From positions 4,275-36,274 of the forward strand of contig BPTO01000004.1 of the NCBI GenBank assembly GCA_023705985.1: a stretch of DNA of 32,000 nt. The letters run 5' to 3'. The notes beneath the pieces were generated by a model, which worked only from the letters and a program-made list of their open reading frames with translations, was not told the origin of the DNA and searched no databases. Shown here one piece after another: positions 17,344 to 25,179 of this stretch. Position 1 is the first letter of the stretch. The number at the start of each line of letters is the position of its first letter. The position numbers and the translations under genes are program-made. Source of the DNA: Candidatus Heimdallarchaeota archaeon. GTDB lineage: Archaea; Asgardarchaeota; Heimdallarchaeia; Heimdallarchaeales; Heimdallarchaeaceae.

Positions 17344-20300
17344 TTATTTCACCAACGAAAGCACAGAAATTCCATTAATTCGTTCAATCACTATACGTTT
17401 CACCTCCAGAGGATAAAATGAAGGGAGCGATTGAACTGCATTTATTATGTAATTGAATGTCATCTCTGTATTAACCCAAGGAGCTAGGTTCACGTTATTT
17501 ACTCTGAACTTTTTATGATTAGAATCATCTAAGCTAAATTGAGCAGCAATTTTCTGATTTATTACCACATTGTAGCTTTTAATTGCAATATCAAACTGTT
17601 CTGGAAGTAAATCTCTCAAAATTACATTTGCAATATCATGTGGTGGAAGTAGGTAGTATTTCTCTTTAACTAGTTTAGGAATGTATTCGACTAGCGATTC
17701 TTCTTGTTTCTCAAGCATTTCTAGCTCTTCAAAATGTTTTTTAGTAATATAAAAGAAATGAATGGTGTCTTCTACAAATCTTCCGGCTAAGAGTTTTTCC
17801 TCTTCAACAAGTTTAGCTATTGCCTCTTTGACTCTTATTTTTGATATAACACTTGTAATTGACGCTCTTTCTATAATCTGTTCCTCCGTTGCTACTCCAA
17901 AACTTTTGACTATATCATAAATGTAATTTGCACGCAGTTCTAAATTTTCCCCTTCTAATTCAGGAATAAAATTCTGTAAATCCCAGTATTCTTGAGGTTT
18001 AAAGGTTGTACTAATCTTCCTAACACCTATTTGTACATTTGTCTCCAGAGCATTAATAGCTGTTCTCACAGAAACAATTGAATCACCAGATTTGTTTGTA
18101 AGTTGAGCTATTGTAGAGTTTCCTTTTTGTATCAGTTTATAGATTGACACGTGTTCTTGTTTTATTTGCTTCCTTCGTCTCAATCCACTTTTTCTATAAC
18201 GAGCAAAGCGCAATGAGTAGAAATCATTTCCCAGATAGATTATTTTCTTTTCTTCCAGTAATTTATTAAGAAGATACAATGTGACTGAAGAGATATTGTC
18301 AGGAAATCGTGCAAATATTTCTTCCAAACTTAACCAACCAAATTGATTGATTAGCGCAAGTAAACTATCAGTGTTCAACGCAGGATAATCGATTCTAAGC
18401 CACAAAATATCCATAATGAATTTTTCAACTAGATCCTTCTTGAAAACACGAGTGATTGTTTCTCCTCCCACTAATGTATCTTGAATCAAACGAAAGCCTG
18501 TTTTAATGAAAATATCGCGAATTATTCCATTACTCTTGGATAATATTGACCTTCCATTAATATCTTCAATTTGAAGACTTAGAACTTTATGAACATTCCT
18601 TGTATATGACGTTAATTCAGAAGCGATTTTCTGAAGCAATGAGAAATCAAAAATTATATCCGCATCAATTTTTAAATCATACACTTGTAAATATCTTCCC
18701 CGATGAAGTTTGTATTCGATCGAACCAATGACTGAACCATCCAAAAGTATGGGGTCAATGTGGCCTTCTCCATAGATGTCCCGAAGGTGCATCCTTAATC
18801 CGAGTTTTGCAAAAGGATCATTTCTGGGTATTATCACTATCCTTTCGTTTGTTGATTGCATATTGTTGATTAAATTAGCTTTAATTTTCACTATTTGCTC
18901 ATAACGTTCTTTGGTTAGATAGTAATTTGTATCTCTTTCAGTTAGTTTTTTCTCTAAGACATTCTTTGCTTTTAGAAGTTGTTTTATTATACTTTCAACA
19001 TCACTATATCTAAACCCAGAAACTTGAGTAAGCTCAACAACTGAAACGGGCCCTAGCGAATGAATATGTTTCAAAATTATGAACTTTTGACTCTCCTTGT
19101 ATGATGGTAGTGTGTTTATATTCAGATATTTAGTTGAAATATCATATACATTAGGTGTGAAACGCTTCGGAATAAAAGACTCAAAATGTAACGACTTCCT
19201 AACTAAATGTAGTGTTTTATCCAATAACATTATGCTTTCTTGCGTTATATCACTATCCAATTCTGCATATTCGCTGATTTCTCTCTTAGTCAATGATCCA
19301 TACTTTTTAATCGTAGATAATACTTTATTTTCAACACTTGTAAACTGAATTTTGTCACCATATGATGAATAATAATGAGGGAACACTTCTCTGCTAACAT
19401 ACGCTAACCTATTATGACTAAAACGTCCACGAATCAATTCATTCTGCTCAATCAAGCTTCTTAACCAATCTAATTCGAAATTTTGTATTCGTATATTCAG
19501 TGAACTTAAATCTTCTATCGATCCAAAATCACCCAAAATATTAAGAACAGCTTCTTTCCCAGTTATTTTCCTGTCAAGATATTGTTCAACAATAAAATGA
19601 TACCTCACATAATTCAGATCTTCATTTGATAGTATTGTTGAATCTATACTTCTATTACTTAGGTTTCTTAGCAACTCTCTATCTTCTAAGGTTATATATT
19701 GGTGATCGGTCGTACCCTCTACAAATTGACCTTTCAGAATCTTGTTGTCTTGCTCAAACTCTGATAAAGATCTATCTACTTTTTCTTCTTCAATTTTCAA
19801 ATATTCTGCTATCTGACCCTTTGTAGAAGGTCCATGAACTTTTAGATATCTCAGTAAAACTTTTTTAAGACATTCTTCAGGATCAAGATTCTTTGTTTGG
19901 TTAAGAATTTCTTTCGGTATTTTGTTCTCGATTAGCGTATACTTCCATTTAACCTTTCCTCTGTAAAATTCAAAATTGGTTCTTGTTATTAGAAAATTCT
20001 GTTCTAGTTTGTATAAACTAGAAAACACTCTAATCTCTGTTTCATTAAGGACATTTGTAATATCTCTTGAAGATAGTTTGTCATTCGTTTTAAGAAGAAC
20101 AATTATACTTTGACCTAAATCATCGAGTTCAGTAGATTTAACATATATATTCCAAAACAATGGAAAATCTAACGTTATAATGGATCTATTATCATTTCTA
20201 GAAACAGGAATTGAGACTAAATCTCCGCTATTATGCAAATCTAAAGTCCAAGAGCGTATTTTTTCTGGATCTATTATGCTTAGGTGGTATATGCTTGGAG

Positions 20301-23070
20301 GAAGACTTTCTATTACCCTGAGAGGAGCTAAAGCTTTTATTGCATTTCTTAAATACCTCGTTGAAGAAATAGGGAATTCAGGATTCTTATAACTACGATT
20401 ATTGAAAATTCTTTCTACAAGCTCTTTACTGAACAGAATCTCCTTTGTCCCTTCTTTTCCATATACTCTCTGTAAAACTTGTTGGTGAAGCTCTCTGAGT
20501 AACGCACTTCTATCGGCTATCTGTACTACATCTGCAACTCCAAGTAAGACTATACCATGAGCAAATGGACTTGGGAAATCTGAGAAGGGGGTAATATGGA
20601 AGTTAATCTCGCCCTTTTCAAGTCCTTTTAATACTTTAATAGAGTTTTTTATATCCATATAATCTTGAAGTATTTCTCTGTAGGTTTCCTTTATTACACA
20701 GAAGTTCTCGTCATGTTTAATCGTAGGAAGAATTCTTTTTGCATTTTGTGATTGTCTAGACACAGGAATTGGACGATTACCGCTATGTCTTAAAATCATT
20801 AGTGCTCTGTTTGCTACATGTCTAAATCTTAATTGAAAAAGTTCTGTATTGACTATTGCTTGTTTTAACAAAATTTCAAGATTATCAGAAGTGACCATGG
20901 AAGGAATTATTGTGAGATCTATGATTTTATCTAAAGGAAGGATGAGAATAAAACCATTATCGTTAACTGCTGAAGCAACGTCCGCTCCAAGCTTTTTGCC
21001 TATAGTATACGCGTAAGATCTAGAGAGTGTATCGTTAACTCTTCGTCCATAATACGCATGAAAAATAATGTTCATTCTTCCCTGAGGGTCAATAAAAGAT
21101 TCAACAAGCATCATTTTATCTGATGGTACTGCATTCAAAAACAAAACTTGTTCATTAATATATTGTACTATTGTTTTAGCAATCACTTCATCGCATTTGA
21201 AAGAGCTCATAATCCATTCTTTGATTTCTTCATGATTTTCTTTCTTGATTTTTTCAGCTACTAAATCGATGAATCTTCCAATTTGTAGAGAAAGCTCAAA
21301 AGAACGAGGTAACATTTCTCCTACCCAGCTAGGAACTGTAGGTCTTCGTCCAAAAGCTTCAGATACTATTACTCGCGATCCTACAGTTCGTTTGAATTGG
21401 TAAGTATGACTTCCTAAAACAATAACATCTCCAGTCGTAAGTTTCTCAACAAAACTTTCAGATAACCTACCTATTCTGGTTCTATAAGTTTCCAGCTCTA
21501 CACTGAAATCAGCATTATCAGGTATTGTCCCTATGTTTGTATAAAAAAGCAATCGAGTGTTTCTCTTTTTCCCAAATGCTTTTTCCTGATGGTCATACCA
21601 GATTTTTCGGTATACTTTTCGCTCCTCTATTTCTAAGTTATAACCTCCAAGATATTCTAAAATGTTAATGAAATCGTCGTAATTTAGATTTCTGTAGCTA
21701 TATGAACATCTAATCATTTTATAGGCATCATCAACATTCCATCTCTTAACAATTGAAAAACCTACAAGGAGCTGGGCAAGAACATCTAAACAATTCTCAG
21801 GAATCTGTACCTTGTCAATATCTCGAATATACGTGCTTTTTGTGAGTACAGAACATTCTAAAGCATCATCACGATCGGTTACTAGTAATCTTCCTTTAGC
21901 TATTTTATCAATGCTATGCCCACTTCTTCCCACTCTTTGAAGATATTTAGCTACGGATTTAGGTGACCCTACTTGCGAAACTATTTCAGCACTACCTATG
22001 TCAATCCCAAGTTCCAAAGAAGTAGAGGATATTACAGCTAATAACTCGTTATTTTTCAGCTTATCTTCTACATCTAGACGAATCTCACGCGAAAGGCTTG
22101 AATGATGAACTGCAATAGATGAAGCATATTCTGGACCAAGAAATTCCTTTAATTTGAAAGCAACATTCTCAGCTCCCTTCCTTGTATTTGTAAAAACAAT
22201 CGATGTTTCATGGTCTAGAATTAAATCTGCGAGAAGTGTATAAATCCCTTCTTGAGCAAGAATATAGGGAGTATGAAGAAGATCTTTGACAGGACTTATA
22301 ACCTCTAAATCAAATTTCCTTAGTGGTGGAAGGTTAGCTATATAACAATCCCTCTCTTTCCCATCAAGATTACGTCCAACTAAAAACCGAGCAATTTCCT
22401 CGATTGGTGCTTGAGTAGCACTCAAACCTATTCGAGTAAATTCTTTTTCTACTAATTCTGCCTGTAAGTACTCAATGCATAAAGAAAGAAAAGTTCCTCT
22501 TTTGTTGTTACTTACTTCATGAATCTCGTCAATTATTACCCAATGAACATTCTTAAGATGCAAAGAAAATTTTGGGGATGTGAGAATTAAACCTAGACTC
22601 TCAGGGGTGGTGATTAATATTTGGGGTGGAGTTTTCAGCATCTTAACCCTTTCAGACTGAGGTGTATCTCCTGTCCTTACCCCAACTCTAATTTTTGGTG
22701 TAATGATATTATTAGAAGCTGCTAAATCTTGTATTCCTTGTAAAGGCTCCTCTAGATTCTTTTTAATGTCATTTCCAAGAGCTTTCAGAGGAGAGATGTA
22801 TAAAACATAAATTTGATCTTTTAATGTACCTTTTTTAGCTTCAATAAATAGTTCATTGATGGCAGCTAAAAAAGCTGCAAAAGTTTTTCCAGAACCAGTT
22901 GAACTGAAAATTAATGTGTTTTTTCTAGCGTGAATTGAAGGAATCGTATATAACTGTGGTGGAGTAAAACCTGAGTGGAATTTTGTAGTGAACCAATCTT
23001 TTATTTCATCAGCTAAGAAAGAATATATTGATGAGCTAGATGAAGGTTGGTCTATGTAATAGAGAGTCAT
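17344..23070 (-). CDS. lhr: Lhr-type superfamily 2 DExH helicase with a roughly 1000-aa C-terminal extension of repeated winged-helix / AlkZ-like modules
   Basis: 1908 aa. Motif I is STGSGKTF, motif II is IIDEIHE, motif III is GLSATQ, and motifs V/VI are SSTSLELGIDIG and QRVGRSGH. An Lhr-core WH/domain-4 region follows (RFRHVANRAL etc.). Beyond about residue 950 there are at least five wHTH-like units ending in xxGRF/GQF-V/I-E. There are also two PxxDP...beta-barrel-like units (IVIIPRNDPFAKLG...ILLDGSVIGSIEYK...LQIEDINGRSI and YLLPPHDIANVI...VVINQKIAAQF...IVIERINGISV). Confidence 0.85.
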   Translation of the reverse strand: MTLYYIDQPSSSSSIYSFLADEIKDWFTTKFHSGFTPPQLYTIPSIHARKNTLIFSSTGSGKTFAAFLAAINELFIEAKKGTLKDQIYVLYISPLKALGNDIKKNLEEPLQGIQDLAASNNIITPKIRVGVRTGDTPQSERVKMLKTPPQILITTPESLGLILTSPKFSLHLKNVHWVIIDEIHEVSNNKRGTFLSLCIEYLQAELVEKEFTRIGLSATQAPIEEIARFLVGRNLDGKERDCYIANLPPLRKFDLEVISPVKDLLHTPYILAQEGIYTLLADLILDHETSIVFTNTRKGAENVAFKLKEFLGPEYASSIAVHHSSLSREIRLDVEDKLKNNELLAVISSTSLELGIDIGSAEIVSQVGSPKSVAKYLQRVGRSGHSIDKIAKGRLLVTDRDDALECSVLTKSTYIRDIDKVQIPENCLDVLAQLLVGFSIVKRWNVDDAYKMIRCSYSYRNLNYDDFINILEYLGGYNLEIEERKVYRKIWYDHQEKAFGKKRNTRLLFYTNIGTIPDNADFSVELETYRTRIGRLSESFVEKLTTGDVIVLGSHTYQFKRTVGSRVIVSEAFGRRPTVPSWVGEMLPRSFELSLQIGRFIDLVAEKIKKENHEEIKEWIMSSFKCDEVIAKTIVQYINEQVLFLNAVPSDKMMLVESFIDPQGRMNIIFHAYYGRRVNDTLSRSYAYTIGKKLGADVASAVNDNGFILILPLDKIIDLTIIPSMVTSDNLEILLKQAIVNTELFQLRFRHVANRALMILRHSGNRPIPVSRQSQNAKRILPTIKHDENFCVIKETYREILQDYMDIKNSIKVLKGLEKGEINFHITPFSDFPSPFAHGIVLLGVADVVQIADRSALLRELHQQVLQRVYGKEGTKEILFSKELVERIFNNRSYKNPEFPISSTRYLRNAIKALAPLRVIESLPPSIYHLSIIDPEKIRSWTLDLHNSGDLVSIPVSRNDNRSIITLDFPLFWNIYVKSTELDDLGQSIIVLLKTNDKLSSRDITNVLNETEIRVFSSLYKLEQNFLITRTNFEFYRGKVKWKYTLIENKIPKEILNQTKNLDPEECLKKVLLRYLKVHGPSTKGQIAEYLKIEEEKVDRSLSEFEQDNKILKGQFVEGTTDHQYITLEDRELLRNLSNRSIDSTILSNEDLNYVRYHFIVEQYLDRKITGKEAVLNILGDFGSIEDLSSLNIRIQNFELDWLRSLIEQNELIRGRFSHNRLAYVSREVFPHYYSSYGDKIQFTSVENKVLSTIKKYGSLTKREISEYAELDSDITQESIMLLDKTLHLVRKSLHFESFIPKRFTPNVYDISTKYLNINTLPSYKESQKFIILKHIHSLGPVSVVELTQVSGFRYSDVESIIKQLLKAKNVLEKKLTERDTNYYLTKERYEQIVKIKANLINNMQSTNERIVIIPRNDPFAKLGLRMHLRDIYGEGHIDPILLDGSVIGSIEYKLHRGRYLQVYDLKIDADIIFDFSLLQKIASELTSYTRNVHKVLSLQIEDINGRSILSKSNGIIRDIFIKTGFRLIQDTLVGGETITRVFKKDLVEKFIMDILWLRIDYPALNTDSLLALINQFGWLSLEEIFARFPDNISSVTLYLLNKLLEEKKIIYLGNDFYSLRFARYRKSGLRRRKQIKQEHVSIYKLIQKGNSTIAQLTNKSGDSIVSVRTAINALETNVQIGVRKISTTFKPQEYWDLQNFIPELEGENLELRANYIYDIVKSFGVATEEQIIERASITSVISKIRVKEAIAKLVEEEKLLAGRFVEDTIHFFYITKKHFEELEMLEKQEESLVEYIPKLVKEKYYLLPPHDIANVILRDLLPEQFDIAIKSYNVVINQKIAAQFSLDDSNHKKFRVNNVNLAPWVNTEMTFNYIINAVQSLPSFYPLEVKRIVIERINGISVLSLVK

Positions 23071-23127
23071 GGTGTCATTTCAATGTTCAGATTTGAGTAT
23101 AAAATGGTTACATTTAAACAGCTGTAT

Positions 23128-23607
23128 CTACTTTTCTTTTCCCCATTCCATATGAAAAGCTGATTCTCCATCTCTGTAATAATTCCTTAACTCCTTTCTT
23201 ATTGAGTAACCCAAGTTCTTGTACATTTCTACGGCAGCAATATTTGAAACTCTTACTTCCAGATAAACAGTCTCAATTTTGTGCTCTATCTGCTTATTCA
23301 TTATATATTTCATCATTTTTGTGCCTAGTCCGCTTCTACGATATTGAGGTAATACCGCTATTGAGATAATATGACCTTTGATTGATTGAAGGCCTATAAA
23401 TGAAGAAAGAGGTCGTTCAGTTCTTGATAAAACATATCCTTGAATCTTCTCATCAATTTCTGCTACAACACAACCATAACTATTTTCACTGATTATTCTA
23501 TAGAAGAAATCAAAAGAATAGTTTTCAGGAAGGCACAACCTGTTTATTTTAATAATATCGTTTATGTCTCCCAGTTCAGCTTGACGAATTGAGATAAGGG
23601 CTTCCAT
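23128..23607 (-). CDS. GNAT N-acetyltransferase, RimI / archaeal Ard1(Naa10)-like
   Basis: 159 aa. It has the acetyl-CoA binding motif ISIAVLPQYRRSGLGTKMM and a typical Ard1-like layout. Confidence 0.8.
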   Translation of the reverse strand: MEALISIRQAELGDINDIIKINRLCLPENYSFDFFYRIISENSYGCVVAEIDEKIQGYVLSRTERPLSSFIGLQSIKGHIISIAVLPQYRRSGLGTKMMKYIMNKQIEHKIETVYLEVRVSNIAAVEMYKNLGYSIRKELRNYYRDGESAFHMEWGKEK

Positions 23608-23750
23608 TTTACAACCTTAACTGTGTTTTAAAAACTATATTTTTCAAGTTTTTGATAAATACTTTTTATTTTATATATTTCTATTGACTGTTTGTTCTCT
23701 CGTTAGTGAAAATATTCTTAAAGCTCCAAACAACAGCACATTCACTGCAG

Positions 23751-25028
23751 ATGAGTTTGACACGCTTAAAAATTATAGAAGAAGCAAAGAGAATGGCTTC
23801 AATATATGACCATACACCTAGCTTACTCTATCATTGGATAGAGACTTTTGGTATAGAGAATACAGAGTACTTACTCAGAAATCTTCGAAAACCACTTGAA
23901 ACATTGTGGGTTCAAGTTAATACTAGTAGAGTAGATATTGATTCAGTAAGAGATATGTTAGATGGAATGGATTTCAAAGTTAAGAAACACCGTTATTTTG
24001 AGGATTTTCTAGAAGTAGAAGTTGAACTAAGAGAGTTAAAGGATGATGGTATTAGATACCCAAGAATTATAGTTGATAGAGAAGCAATACCAAATGCTGC
24101 TCTAGGAAAAGATATTCTTACTGCTGATATAATCAATTATGATAAGTTCGAAACAGGGGATACTTTAAGGATAGTATATAAGGGAGAAAGACTATTGGCG
24201 TTAGGAAAAGCAGAAATCAGCAGTGAACTTATATCCACAGCTCCACAGAGAGTTATCGCTAAGAATACTAGCTCTCTTGCTTATGCACCACCATTAACTG
24301 AACTTGAGTTTTATCGAAGGGGTTATTTTAGTATTCTAACTCCAGTTCAAGCAATTGGAATAAAATCAATGTATCACAGCACAAAAGATAACATCCTCAT
24401 CATGTCAACAGATAATGGTGAAGCTGCAAGTTATATATCTGAGTTGACAGATCAAAAAGTTCCGATTACAGCTATTGCACAAAATAAAGAGCATTCTAGA
24501 GTTCTTCAGAAAACATTTGCTAGAACAAAATCAAAATCCGTGCGAATATTGGTTGATACATTTCCTCAATTTGTAAGAATAAACCAGGACATAAAATTTA
24601 CGAGCGCTTATCTTGAACTTAGAAATTCTCGTTCTTCTGTAATTCCTTCGTTTAGATCTAACCTTTCAATTTCTGCACTAGAAAAGATGGTTAAAAAACA
24701 AATTAGAATAACTAGCAATCTCTTCAGATGTCTTTATGACCAAGCTTCAATCACATATGTAACACATTCTATAGATAACTTTGAAAACGAGAAAATCTTT
24801 GAGAATCTAGTTTCAAAATCCTACTATAAAAGCCAAAGTTTCCCGCAGGAAATAAGAGAATATCAAAATAAAGGTGATTTTTCAACTAGATATATCAAAC
24901 CAGCAGAAGAAGATAAGATAGCATTAGAACGAAAAATATCCACGATTTTTCTAGACCCACTAAAGATAAAAAATACTGGAGGGTTTATTGCCAAATTTAA
25001 ATTTACTCCAAAGAAAATAGAAAACTAG
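23751..25028 (+). CDS. PUA-domain NOL1/NOP2/Sun (Trm4/RsmB)-like protein with degenerate catalytic motifs
   Basis: Family architecture is recognisable: an N-terminal NSUN-type helical region (LWVQVNTSRVDIDSV), a PUA-like segment (GDTLRIVYKGERLLALGKAEISS), then GYFSILTPVQ, ..FENEKIF.. and a terminal GGFIAKFKF. However, the SAM loop D-x-CAAPGGKT is replaced by IMSTDNGEAAS, motif IV DAPCSG by ELRNSRSS, and motif VI STC by VTHS. The ATG at 23751 is preferred over the GTG at 23706. Confidence 0.6.
   Translation: MSLTRLKIIEEAKRMASIYDHTPSLLYHWIETFGIENTEYLLRNLRKPLETLWVQVNTSRVDIDSVRDMLDGMDFKVKKHRYFEDFLEVEVELRELKDDGIRYPRIIVDREAIPNAALGKDILTADIINYDKFETGDTLRIVYKGERLLALGKAEISSELISTAPQRVIAKNTSSLAYAPPLTELEFYRRGYFSILTPVQAIGIKSMYHSTKDNILIMSTDNGEAASYISELTDQKVPITAIAQNKEHSRVLQKTFARTKSKSVRILVDTFPQFVRINQDIKFTSAYLELRNSRSSVIPSFRSNLSISALEKMVKKQIRITSNLFRCLYDQASITYVTHSIDNFENEKIFENLVSKSYYKSQSFPQEIREYQNKGDFSTRYIKPAEEDKIALERKISTIFLDPLKIKNTGGFIAKFKFTPKKIEN
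24970..25028. repeat. 59-bp direct repeat, copy 1 (last codons plus stop of the NSUN-like CDS)
   Basis: aaaatactggagg[g]tttattgccaaatttaaatttactccaaagaaaatagaaaactag matches 27256-27314 at 58 of 59 positions. The single difference is g24983 versus a27269. The offset is 2286 bp. Confidence 0.9.
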
Positions 25029-25179
25029 CAATATAATAGAGAAAAAAATTAAAAAAACTAATTAAAATTGGAGAAAATGTATATGACTGTCTCTGACTGC
25101 AGTGTTCGTAATCATCCAAGAAAATTTATATTATTCAATTGTGTTAAAACTGAAGAAAAAAAGAAATAAAATTGTAACA

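Noticed and set aside
19097-20392. Three short plus-strand ORFs (19097..19348, 19626..19826, 20180..20392)
   Set aside because: They are antisense shadows within the 1908-aa lhr CDS.
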